This document shows, piece by piece, positions 1 through 15,840 of a stretch of 64,000 bases of DNA. The position numbers and the translations under genes were made by a program. Below the pieces are notes generated by a model, which made no database searches, was not told the origin of the DNA, and was given only the letters and a program-made list of their open reading frames with translations. The stretch covers positions 333,870,001-333,934,000 of the forward strand of contig OZ024742.1 of assembly GCA_964016885.1 (NCBI GenBank), given 5' to 3'. This DNA is from Eledone cirrhosa (taxonomy: Eukaryota). Position 1 is the stretch's first letter. Each line of letters opens with the position of its first letter.

Positions 1-197
1 CTCTGTATCTCTCTATATATCGATCTCTCTGTCTTTATCCCTTCTTCCATCCTCCTCTTCCTTCTCACTGCCGGCTTGTTCGCTCTTTTGTTTATTGTCT
101 CTCATGTAATCTCAAAGCACCACATCAATTCCATCGTATTTCACTGACCACCCAACACCTCTTCACATAACCACACGCCATCCAAACTTATTTAAAA

Positions 198-2118
<1,921 letters not shown>

Positions 2119-2399
2119 TAACCCTCTCACTCCCTCTCCATAGTTTTCATTCTCATTTTTGTTTATATACATATATATGTATGTATAGCAATAAACGTGT
2201 TTACACAAACGCTCGTACACGTCCCTCTCACCACATTGTTGTGTGTGCGTGTGTGTCGGAATATATATATATTGATGTATATATAATGTATTTTGCTATA
2301 CACTTTATGCTTAATTAAAAGCATTTTGAAGACCGTAAGCTATTGTTTTAAAGTAGTGACAAATTCACTCACTTTGATCTCAGCAAACAGGGGAGATAA

Positions 2400-2441
2400 G
2401 CCGACAAGTCTTGTTTCGCTTTGGTTGAAGCTTATCAAGGC
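2400..2441 (-). ncRNA. Type I hammerhead ribozyme motif, U3:A8 core variant
   Basis: Minus strand reads GCC-TTGATAA-GCTT caacca AAGC-GAA-ACAAG a CTTGT-C-GGC: stems I, II and III pair, GUC cleavage triplet; overlaps a fold-back hairpin (2425-2457/2461-2493). Confidence 0.75.
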
Positions 2442-2782
2442 CAACTACCCCACCTGTTAGACAGGTGGGGTAGTAGGCCTTGATAAGCTTCAATGATACA
2501 TACATGCATACATACATACATACAGAGATAAATACATAGATATATTCATACCTACGAAAAGAAGGTGTTGATCGTCAGCTTTCATATTGTTACTATCAGC
2601 TAGTCCGTCCCAATTGGTGTCAGAATAAGTAAGGTATTTTGCTGAAAACAACGTGCCGCTCAGAACAAAGCAGATATCACGATATTTTGATCATGACTTC
2701 AAAACACTAACGTTATACATCATCCTTCCTGGTGATTTCTTTAGAATAAAACAGTTCCAGATCCGTAGAAGCCATTTTTACA

Positions 2783-2843
<61 letters not shown>

Positions 2844-2938
2844 AGTTGCGACCGATAGATAGTACTAGCAACTGGAAAGACCGACGAAAACATTGTTTCT
2901 TCGGTGCAATTTGATGAAAGTCGATCGATATATATATA

Positions 2939-3029
<91 letters not shown>

Positions 3030-3489
3030 ATATGTATATATATATATATATATATGTGGGGGATTGGATGTGAAGATATGGTGGTGGTTAAGGTTATTTA
3101 GTGGGATGAGCTGTCGTGTGAGGTTAGTGGATTGTCAGTAGACGGGTTGGTGTGTGGTAGTGGTGCCTTTATCTATGGTAGCGGCGTGTTTGGTGGTGTG
3201 GTGGATGCATTGGTGGCGTCATGTCCTTACATATATACATAGTTAGACGCTCTTCGTCTGACAGATACCTTGTATATACGTATACGTACACACATATATG
3301 TATATATGTGCACATATATTGTTGTATAAACACACACAACATAAGACACATACGCACATCCTTGCCCACACATATCGGCATACGCTCACACACAGCCATA
3401 TGTATATGTACACACATGTATGTGCATGCGCGCATGCGGACACGAATATGGAGAGTGAGGGAGTATCGGTGGGGGTGGCGAACGACAGG

Positions 3490-5031
3490 GGGCGTCTAAG
3501 GTTATTGTGCGTCCTATGTGTTGAGGTTTCTTCTAAGTTCGTTTCTAAGTGTCCTGCTATGTTTAGCTGTGTTGCGGTTCTATTAGGGTTGATGTAAGAA
3601 ATCTTCTCAGTGTAACCACCGTTTATAAGTGCGGAGTCATAGTATTCCGCGTGCTGCTTGAAGATGTTTTCGTTGGCCGACAGTGTGGACACTCTGTTGG
3701 AGACACTTTTAACTATAGAGTTAATTATGCTCTTAGGATGGTTGGAGTGTCTATTGACGTATCTAAGATTTTCATTAGGTTTGTGGTATGGACGGTAAAG
3801 GCCTGAGTCTAATTCTAGGGTGACGTCTAAGAAGTTAACTGTCCTATTGTTGGGTTCAATTTCTACTGCTAAACCTTGGGTCTTAAAGATATACCTAAGT
3901 CGTTTGTGTATTCTATTCAGTTGGCTGTTATTGAGTCCACGGGTCATTAGTAGGGCATCATCCCGGTATAAGCCACCGCCCAAGGAGGGGATCTCGTCCG
4001 TTAATATGTTTAGGAGGTATATGCCTACTACATCTGTAACCTGTGCCGAGTCCGTCGATCCCATGGTGATGTCGAAGCTATCTGGTCTATTCTGTCGTTC
4101 CCAAAGTCTACCGTCGAATTCTAGTAAAGTTTTCCTAGCTGTTATTATTATGTCTACTTCTCTTCTAGTGGGGCTTGATCTGTTCATGGCTGAGATCAGT
4201 GCCTTTTTAAGGATGATTGGGGATATAGATGTGTAGTAGTTCGCAATGTCCAATTGGACTAATCGAACATTCGACTTAGTTTCAATGGCACAAAACAGGT
4301 CTATTACCTCCTTTGTACAAGACCATAGGCTGAGTTTAGTTCTAATCTTAAGTTCAGGTAATATTCGGTCAATGATTGATTTGCTAAGTCTACCAAGGTC
4401 CGATTTGAAGGGGGCTATGAGCCTGACCGGTAGTTTTGACTGGAAGTCCGGTTTATGGTCTGTAATGGATATTCTCGGTGTCCTAGGGTTGTAAGGAAAG
4501 GTCCTGTCGTCAATGCTCAGTTCGGTCATTATTGATTTCGCCTGTTTATTTATGTGCCAGGTTTTCTCGTGTTGATGTTTTGTATATTTTAGAGATTTCG
4601 TTTGTAATGCATTTGTTGTAGGTTTTGTACTCTAAGTTATATAGGTTTCCAGTTTTATCCGCTGGTACAATAATCCCAGTGCTATTCTTGATCCTTTTTA
4701 AGGTAGAGGCGAGTCCGGACAGGAATGCACTTCTGTCAGGGTTTCGCGGTGGTTTCCTGAATCTAATTTTCCGGATCATGGTAATGATCCTGCTCTCAAA
4801 TTCCTCAAGGAGTGGGCTGTGCAGTGGGTTTTTCCTTGATTTGAAAAGTCTTTTTATGTGGTTGGTGGGATTGTTAATTGATCCCGGGGCCTTCCTGTTG
4901 TTGTAGTGGTAGGCCCTCCAACGGATCCTTCTGATGAAATTGTTTGTCTGCTTTAGTAATAGGTCCATGTAGACATCTTCCGAAGGAAAAGGAATGTCCT
5001 TTAGGGAGGAAGTGTTGTAGAACAATTCCAT
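3490..5031 (-). pseudogene. PLE reverse transcriptase ORF, disrupted near 4530-4546, endonuclease part missing
   Basis: PADKTGNLY, LDIANYYTSI, FDITMGS, GGLYRDDAL, VNFLDVTL, PYHKPN..YVNRHSNHP are PLE RT and thumb motifs. Confidence 0.9.
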
Positions 5032-5380
5032 GGTGTTCCGTGTAAGCGCTCGACAAATAAAGGAGCTAAATATCCAGTGGGTGTAACTAGGAGTTACTGC
5101 ATGTTCACCCGGGTGAGCACTCGATGTTTAGGTTCACTTCTGTGATGATGTGTAGAGCTATAAAGAGTGTAAAATATAGAAAGGATAAAAAGGACGATTG
5201 ATTATTCCTTCATTGCATTTCTTGATCGGTTACGCGCGTTTCGCCACTGATCAGCTCAAGGTTCGATCTATATCGTATTTTACTCATACGGGCGTTTTAA
5301 GTGTGCTTGGCGTGTACGCAAATTTATCTGTATGTGTGTGTGTGTGTGTGTGTGTGTATGTGAACACATGTATATACATA

Positions 5381-5430
<50 letters not shown>

Positions 5431-6050
5431 TATGTGTATGTGTATGTATATGTGTATGTGTGTGTATATATGTATGTGTATGTATGTGTGTGTATGTTAC
5501 ATATATGTATATGGGTAAATCTGACTATGTGTAGGTGAGCTCATATATGTGCATGTATGTGTATATGTGCGTGTATGTGTGTGTTGTCGGTACATGTGTG
5601 TGTATATATATATATATGTGTGTATATATATATATATGTGTGAGTATACGTGTGTGCGAGTGTGTATGTGTATATCTTGCATACATGAGTGTGAGTCCAT
5701 GTGCCCATACCCATGTGTATGTATGTGTATGTATATATGTAAACCACCTTCTACATCGCCTCTCACCTTCCCCCAATCTCTGTCGTTCGCCACCCCCACC
5801 GATACTCCCCCACTCTCCATATTCGTGACCGCATGCGCGCATGCACATACATGTGTCTACATATACATATGGCTGTGTGTGAGCGTATACCGATATGTGT
5901 GGGCAAGAATGTGCGTATGTGTCTTATGTTGTGTGTGTTTATACAACAATATATGTGCACATATATACATATATGTGTGTACGTATACGTATATACAAGG
6001 TATCTGTCAGACGAAGAGCGTCTAACTATGTATCTATGTAAGGCCCTGAC

Positions 6051-9000
6051 TTTTTAAGTTGTCCAGAAATGCTCATGGTTGGCTATTCAGACCACAAGTT
6101 GGTGACCTGCATGGTCAACCTTGATAGAACGCATAGACAGGGCCCCGGTTACTGGAAGCTCAACTTGTCCTTGCCGGCAAGTAGAGCCTACAGGAATCGG
6201 ATTAGTACGTTAGTTAAGGAACGGTTGACTGGAGCGATCGTCAACAGCAGGTGGTGGGTATCTCTAAAGAGAGAGATTAGAGTAGTCTCGATTGAATTTA
6301 GTAAGGTTCTAGCTGCGGATAGGAATAGGAAGGAAAGGGAGCTAATAGATAGAGTAGAAGAGGCAATTAGAAGCGGCGACGTGGCCAGAGTGCTAGCGTC
6401 GAGAACGGCTTTGAGCCAGTTTTTCGACGCGAAGCACGAAGGCTGCGTTGTCCGAAATAAAATACGTGCTCTAGGGAACGAGGGGGCCAAAGCTGTTGGC
6501 TGGGCCCGCGTGACAGAGGCCAACAGTGGAACTAAATCCACCATCCGGTCTTTGCGAGACCTGGATGGACGGGCGATTCTTGAGCCTAAGCAGATGTGTG
6601 AGGCCTTCCAAAGGCACTTTGCCCGACTGTTCGGGAGGGGCGGGGAGCCGGTTGGGAACGTGGACTTCGGTCCATACCTCGACGGCCTGCCGCGCCTCTC
6701 GGACAGGGAGGCGAAGTCCTGCGAGGAGCCGATTTCGGCCGCTGAGATAGAGGACGTGCTGAGCCAATGCGGCAAACGCAAATCCCCGGGTCTCGATGGT
6801 CTTCCTTACGAATTATATCTAGCTATGCCGGACTTGTTCCCCGATCTCCTCGAGGCGGTCTACTGCAACTGGCAACAGAACGGGAGAATTCCCTGTACTG
6901 TGACCAAGGGCGTAGTCACGCTAGTGAGGAAGGACGAGAACAAGGGGGACGAAATAAGTAACTTCAGGCCCATAACTCTGCTAAATACAGAGTTACAGAT
7001 TTTGGCCAAGGTGCTAGCAAAGAGGTTGGCTCTTGTCGTGGGCAACCTGGTGGGAGATGCGCAGACATGCGCTATCCCGTCCAGGTCCATCCATGACAAC
7101 CTCCACCTCATGCGATACATCATAGAGAGGGTTGGGAACGAACCCGGCTTTGGTGGGGCTCTGATCAACTTGGATCAATCTAAGGCGTTCGATAGGGTCG
7201 ACCATGGTTACCTGGATGCGGTGCTAGCGGCGGCAGGCTTCGGACCCGTTTTCAGGGGCTGGATCACTGCTATGCACAGCAGCCGCATCTGCTCTAGGGT
7301 CAAGGTGAACGGCTACCTCTCGGAGCCGTTCAAAATCGCGCGGTCCATCCGACAAGGGTGCCCTCTCTCCTCCCTTCTGTATCTGTTGACTCTCGAGCCA
7401 CTACTGCGGAAGTTGGAGTTGTTGCAGGGCATCCCTTTGGAACCGGGATTGCGGAAAGCGGTGTCAGCCTACGCCGATGATGTGACAGTAATGGTGTCGA
7501 CGGCCTCCGAAATCGAGGCGGTCGGCACCTTACTGGAGGAGTACGAAAAGTTCACAGGGGCTAAGCTGAACCGGGACAAGTCGATCGGTTTGCAACTCGG
7601 TACGTGGAGGGGCAGACCGATGCCCTCTGATGGCGTCGTCGGACGCTGGACGGAGGGCCCGGTGAAGTTGCTCGGGGTCTGGTTCGGACCGGACCTCCAG
7701 GTGGAGAAAAACTGGGCGGAGGTTACGAACAGGGTGTTTGCGCTGACCCAGAAGTGGGCCAGTTGCAAACTATCCCTGAAAGGTCGGGCGGAGGTGGCGA
7801 ACACTTATATAGCGTCCGTCATCTACTACCGCCTGACCGTAGTGCCCTGCCCAAGGGAAACCCTCACCAAGATGGAGCGCGCGCTCTTCCAATTCCTTTG
7901 GAAGAGGCGGGCTCCTATGGTGAGGAGATCCATCTGCTGTCAACACCCTTCGAAAGGAGGGCTGGGGATGCCGTGGCTAATGATGCGTAAACACGCATTA
8001 AGGCTACGGCACCTCTACGTATTCCTCACCGGACAACCGGTGTGGGCCTCGTTTGTGAGACGAACCTTTCCCAGACTCGTCTCACTCACCGAGCTGCAAT
8101 CCTGGGTCAAGCAAAGACCGAGAAAACTGGGCGCCTGGCACACTGAGTGTGCCCAGGCGCTCACCGCCCTCTGGCAGGCGGATCCGGTTATCAGTGGAGA
8201 CTCCACCGCAACATTCTATAGAGGGCTGGTACGCAGCAGGTGCGACGACGCCCTCGGAGAAGCCCTAGACATGGAGGAGGACGAACTGGCCAGCCTGTTC
8301 GGTAGGACATTCAGCCCGGGACCTATGGACAACTTCCAGAAGTCCCTGGCCTGGCAGTGCTACCGAGGGGCTTTACCCGTTCGAGAAAGGCTCTACAGAC
8401 ACGGGCGCCCGGGTAGGGACCCCGCCAAAAAGATCTGTCCCAGCGACGAGGAAACCGTTGCACACGCATTGGTACACTGCTCGGGCGTAGCCGATCTGTG
8501 GGGCTATGTCGAACAACTGCTGTCAAGGGTGGGACCGATCCGGTTGACCACCGAGTCTATTGTAATGATCAAGCCGCCTCCCCCCTTCAAAGATGAAGCA
8601 GAGGCGGTGTTTCTGTGCGTAATAACCATGGCGAAAGAGGTTGTATGGTGGACGCGTCTGAAAGGACTGAGGTCAGGCACCTTTCTCTCTGGCCAACAAC
8701 TGGTCCGTTTCTTCCGATATCATTTCGGAAGAAGGATCAGGATGGAGAGAGAGGTGCTGCACCCCAGTCGTTTTTATGAAAGGTGGGTGAAAGTGGCGAG
8801 AATGGCCCGTGTGAATGGGCCTTCTCTTTACATAAGCCTGTAGGTGGAAAAGAGGAAGGAACGAGGGAGCACCCCCTCTCTGTGCTCCTGAGGAAAAGGG
8901 TTGCACACTTTTTTCGGGGGTGTGTGCGACCCCCCAAGGCGCCTCCTCTCTATTGAGGATTTTGTTAAAAATTTTATTTTTTGTTATATCTTATTTTATT

Positions 9001-9107
9001 TTTATATTTTGTTATTGCCTCCTCCTTATTGAGGACGCCTTTTTGTGTAAACTCCCCCCTTTGTACTTGTCCCACTTTTGATGCTCTAGTGGCAAATAAA
9101 AGAAACT
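6051..9107 (+). mobile_element. 5'-truncated L1/Tx1-clade LINE with 20-bp target-site duplication
   Basis: TATCTATGTAAGGCCCTGAC at 6031-6050 and 9108-9127; AATAAA at 9095-9100; GC-rich compared with flanks. Confidence 0.92.
6069..8843 (+). CDS. L1/Tx1 ORF2: end of AP endonuclease, reverse transcriptase, C-terminal zinc-binding region (924 aa, N-truncated)
   Basis: SDH, WKLN, KSPGLDG, FRPITLLN, LDQSKAFDRV, IRQGCPLS, YADD, ETVAHALVHC; no stops. Confidence 0.93.
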   Translation: MLMVGYSDHKLVTCMVNLDRTHRQGPGYWKLNLSLPASRAYRNRISTLVKERLTGAIVNSRWWVSLKREIRVVSIEFSKVLAADRNRKERELIDRVEEAIRSGDVARVLASRTALSQFFDAKHEGCVVRNKIRALGNEGAKAVGWARVTEANSGTKSTIRSLRDLDGRAILEPKQMCEAFQRHFARLFGRGGEPVGNVDFGPYLDGLPRLSDREAKSCEEPISAAEIEDVLSQCGKRKSPGLDGLPYELYLAMPDLFPDLLEAVYCNWQQNGRIPCTVTKGVVTLVRKDENKGDEISNFRPITLLNTELQILAKVLAKRLALVVGNLVGDAQTCAIPSRSIHDNLHLMRYIIERVGNEPGFGGALINLDQSKAFDRVDHGYLDAVLAAAGFGPVFRGWITAMHSSRICSRVKVNGYLSEPFKIARSIRQGCPLSSLLYLLTLEPLLRKLELLQGIPLEPGLRKAVSAYADDVTVMVSTASEIEAVGTLLEEYEKFTGAKLNRDKSIGLQLGTWRGRPMPSDGVVGRWTEGPVKLLGVWFGPDLQVEKNWAEVTNRVFALTQKWASCKLSLKGRAEVANTYIASVIYYRLTVVPCPRETLTKMERALFQFLWKRRAPMVRRSICCQHPSKGGLGMPWLMMRKHALRLRHLYVFLTGQPVWASFVRRTFPRLVSLTELQSWVKQRPRKLGAWHTECAQALTALWQADPVISGDSTATFYRGLVRSRCDDALGEALDMEEDELASLFGRTFSPGPMDNFQKSLAWQCYRGALPVRERLYRHGRPGRDPAKKICPSDEETVAHALVHCSGVADLWGYVEQLLSRVGPIRLTTESIVMIKPPPPFKDEAEAVFLCVITMAKEVVWWTRLKGLRSGTFLSGQQLVRFFRYHFGRRIRMEREVLHPSRFYERWVKVARMARVNGPSLYISL

Positions 9108-9519
9108 TATCTATGTAAGGCCCTGACGCCATCAATACATCCACCACTCCACCACAAACGCCGCTACCATAGACAAAGGCACCACTACCACACCCCCACC
9201 GACACGCCAACACGTCTACTGACAATCCACTAACCTCACACCACAGCCCATCCCACTAAATAACCTTAACCACCACCATATCTTCACATCCACCCCCACA
9301 TACTCTACACGACAAGGCCAACCCACCACCACCACATCACAGCCCACCTCATCCACAGACCGTCGCCAACATCTCACCATCACACCCACCCCATATACAC
9401 TACAGGACAGTACATCGCCTTGATCCTTTTCACCAATCAAAACATCTCATTTTGTCAAACTCTTGAAACTCTGACTTTACCACATAGGTTGTATTTCATT
9501 TTCTTATAGCATTTTAAGA

Positions 9520-9606
9520 GGGTCCGTCGAGCTGCCGATTATTGAGTCGGGTAGGATCGATATAGATCGAACCTTGAGCTGATCAGTGGCGAAACGCGCG
9601 TCACCT
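9520..9606 (+). ncRNA. Degenerate hammerhead-like motif with extended stem II in PLE pLTR
   Basis: GGGT-CCGTCGA-GCTGCCGATT...GATCAGTGGC-GAA-ACGCGCGT-C-ACCT then AATAAA; core differs from CUGANGA at two positions; 3' half repeated inverted near 5225-5275. Confidence 0.5.
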
Positions 9607-9646
9607 ATCAATAAATGCAATGAAGGAATAATCAATCGACTTTTTA

Positions 9647-10858
<1,212 letters not shown>

Positions 10859-11129
10859 AAAAGGTATATATTTTTGAAGTTCTAGTTAACTTTATTTATT
10901 TGTAACCTACTAGCCATGCGTGGTTACATGCTTATAAAAATTATCTCCTGTGATTTTTCATGTTTATATTTATTTATATATATGTTGATCAATTCCTAGT
11001 TATTAAAATGCTCGTACTTACAAAGTCCTAGAGCTTATTTTCCGGGCGATATGTTGCATTCCGTTAAGGAATGACACCCATAATTTCGATTCTGATTGAA
11101 TTATTTTAATCTATCTTAATTTTGGATTC

Positions 11130-13897
11130 TCACCCCCACACCTCCATCCCACCACCCCGCAACTAACCTCACTAACACCCCCTAACCCCAAGCACACGAA
11201 CACACGCACCCACTTACACCACCCACCCCACACGCAACTAACATCACTAACACCCTCCAACCCCACGCACACGTACCCACACACCCTCGTACACCACCAA
11301 CTCTACACACCCTACCACCACTAACCCCCACTCACACCTGCATTCAACCCCTCCCCACCGCCCGTATACTAACACCCACTAACACCTCTTCATCAAACTA
11401 CACACACACCAGTACACCACACTCCCTCCATAGAACCACACACACCCTTCTCTCCCCACTCCACCCACATCCTCGCTCCACACTCACTCATCCCACTAAC
11501 ACCCCTACTAATACACACACACACACACACCCTCCTCACTCCAACTTTCACACCTACCCAACCTCGCCCCCTACCATTCCACTGACTGCTGCTGTGCCCT
11601 TTGGCCACCTCCCAGCACCAACAGACCACAGCACTCCCACTGCTGACCACTTCCTGTTGCGCGCGCACCCCACATCTCTCCTCTTCCGACCACCACTTCA
11701 TGGATTACCCACACGCAGAATTTGACTTACAAACAATCTACTAACATCCTCGGAACTTACCAACTTTTCAACCATCCTCTTGCATAATCACCTATATAAC
11801 TCACCCGCACACACACCCCAACAACATTTTTTTCTCCACACGCCACCCACAGCCACAACACGCTTAAACCCCACACACGCGTGCTTCCCACCACATATTT
11901 ACACCCTCAGCCTCCTGATTCCTATCCCCCCACCCCCCTATCCACACACGCACAGACACTCCGACCCATAAAAACACCCCCCACACACACCCCTTCCTGA
12001 ACATGAAACCCCTTTTTTCCCCCAACCCTTACTTTCACATACACACACACACACACACACACGCACACCTACACACACACACACCACCTTCAGCCCTCCC
12101 CGCTCGGACACCCCGTCTCACTCTCCCCACTCCACCCGCCATCACCCCTACTCACCCCCACCCTTCCACCACCTGTTTCCCCCCTTTTAATTTCAGTTTA
12201 TTTTGATCATGCCTTTATTTTCAAATTTTCTCATTCCTTGTATTTTGATCATGCTTTATTTTTATTTTTTATCTTTATTTGTTTTCTTTCATTCGCACCG
12301 TTTCCTTTCGCTATATGTCTCTCCACCACTCCCCTACACACCTTTTGAACTCTGTTCCCACACACTTCTCCCCTGAGGAAGGGCTTATGCCCGAAACGTC
12401 GTCCCCCACTTACCCCCCACTCTCCTGAGCGTGAAATTAATAAACATTTATTGTACTGCCTCTCTGTTTTGTCCCTGTTCAAATTTTTCCATTATATATA
12501 ATACACGCTCACACGGCTTCCATCCTTGGAACATAACTTAACAACCGGCTCAACCCCGATCTAATCCGCCGTGACCTTTCTCCGAACTTTACACACCTTC
12601 CCACACTTGGTCTTTCCTTCCACGCATTACCTCTCTTTGATTTTGTTACCGTACATTTTTTTCCGTATAAGATTCTTTGCCTGTGTTCTTACAATTGTAT
12701 TTCTATGATTTTTTGTTCACGGTTGCCTGTGTTTTTACCTTTATGATTTTTTGTCTTTAATTTTCCTGTGTTTACTACCCCCTCCCTACGTTTTTCTGTT
12801 TCATTTTCCCTTCCCCGTCTCTGCCTATCCTTCGCACTCACCCCTTCGTTCACTCCACCCCGCTTCACACCCCTGCCCTCTCATCCCTCCCCCTGCTTTC
12901 ACCCAACGCCCATCATGCCCAACCTGAGATCCTTTCTCCACCAACTACAAAATCGCCTCAAACTTTTCCTCACCCCCTCCTCCCACCCTGCTATCTCCCC
13001 TCCGCCCTTCAACTCTCCTACCTTCTCTTCGCCAAAAGCCGGCACTCCAGCCACATCCATTTCCTCAGCCACTGCCTCTGCCTCCACCTTATCCCCCTCG
13101 GCTTCCGTCTACACTTCCACCCCTCCCCCGCCGCTTCCCCCTCCACGCAACGTATCGTCACCCGATCCTCACGCCTCCTGATGCGCAACTCCATCCGCGC
13201 CTCCCGTTCCACCCTCCGCCTACTTGACCAGCAACTGACCCCCATCCTCCTCCGCCTTTACTCCACCTGCCACCCCCTCCTCGCCCAAGCCATCCTCTCC
13301 TTCATCCACAACCTCAACCGCAACCTCTTCTCGTTCCTCAGCTCCACCAAAGCCCGCAAGCTACACTCACTCCTCCCAACCCCCCCATCCACCGAGACCC
13401 GCCCATCCCCATACGCCCACCACTCTCCACCTCTCCCCCGACCCACACCCCTACCCAATCTCCACCCTCCACCTCACCCCTCACCACACCCTCCCCTCCC
13501 CCCAAACAACCAAACCCCATCCCTTGTTGTCACCATACCCCCTGACCTCCTCCTCTCCGAACCTAAGCGCTCACGCCTTAGTAGAGGCCTTCGCTTCGTA
13601 CCCCACACTCCGCACAGCGACGAGTTCCGCACCCGAACGGAAGTCGAGCGATTCGTGCGACTCACTAAGCTACAGGCACATTTCAGCCGAACGCCACCGG
13701 CTCCGGACGCCCCAGACCCGTTTCTCGCCCTGGGCCGACGACCATCTTCTTGGACGCCGGCCCCAGGGCAATTTGGCACCATGGACGTCTTCGTCGATGC
13801 CAGCCGTAGCGCAGTAAATCGTTTCGACTTCCGCCACCGTTCCAAACGGCACAATATCTCACGGGGCGAACTCCTCGCTCTCCGCTCCCTCCGGAGG
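11130..13897 (+). mobile_element. PLE fragment (Neptune/Poseidon-like): C/A-rich UTR, HHR-bearing pLTR, N-terminal ORF cut before the RT core
   Basis: VVTIPPDLLLSE..LSRGLRFVP...LQAHF...SSWTP...NISRGELLALRSLR (13181-13900) matches the region upstream of the PLE ADKG motif; HHR core at 12373 and AATAAA near 12439. Confidence 0.7.
12371..12403 (+). ncRNA. Minimal hammerhead motif typical of PLE pLTRs
   Basis: CTGAGGA-A-GGGC ttat GCCC-GAA-ACGT-C; palindromic ACGT stem III; stem I poor in this copy. Confidence 0.6.
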
Positions 13898-14002
13898 TGA
13901 GTTTTATTGTAGTACAATAAAGCAATGCAGATATCGGATAAGAAGCACTCTACAGTTTGTAGGACTGGACTATACATAATATATAAGATCAAAAGATGTA
14001 CT

Positions 14003-15190
<1,188 letters not shown>

Positions 15191-15205
15191 TATATATATA
15201 TATAT

Positions 15206-15640
15206 TTTAAATAACAGATTAAAGTTTAAGCAAAGAGACGCTGCTTTCACCCTTAACGGGATCTTCTGAAACTAACAAAGTCAATCTGTAAACGCAGAAC
15301 TGGATATTTCAAAAGACGTTGCAACCGGAGAAAGACAGGAAGACGATACTTTGGTTCGTGAAAACGTTCGCTGGCAAAGAACGGGAAAAAAACGAATAAG
15401 ATACGTCATTAATAGGATCAGTGAAAAACAATTACGCGCAAAGACAGAACCTCGTTTATGGTATAAAAATGGTCGTAGACTAATGTTCTCCTAGGTGGTG
15501 CATAGAGACGTTCTCTGGCAATGAACGAAAAAAACGAAGATAATACGTCATATCTGGAGCGTGGAGAACAATAGCACGCAAAGACAAAACCACTTAAATG
15601 GTATAGTAGAAGTCGTAGACTAAATTCTAACTAGGAGACC
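15206..15640 (-). mobile_element. Interspersed repeat between TA tracts (other copies 35340-35716 and fold-back 22946-23130)
   Basis: Shared ATAACAGATTAAAGTTTAAGCAAAGA..CTGCTTTCACCCTTAACG and downstream sequence. Confidence 0.75.
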
Positions 15641-15641
15641 G

Positions 15642-15673
<32 letters not shown>

Positions 15674-15684
15674 CACATATATAT

Positions 15685-15819
<135 letters not shown>

Positions 15820-15840
15820 CATATATATATATATATATAT

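Noticed and set aside
15236-15275. Hammerhead-like CAGAAGA-tCCC gttaa GGGt-GAAAGC on the minus strand (also near 22985 and 35400)
   Set aside because: Core U4 is replaced and no stem III, cleavage triplet or stem I can be formed; at most a vestige
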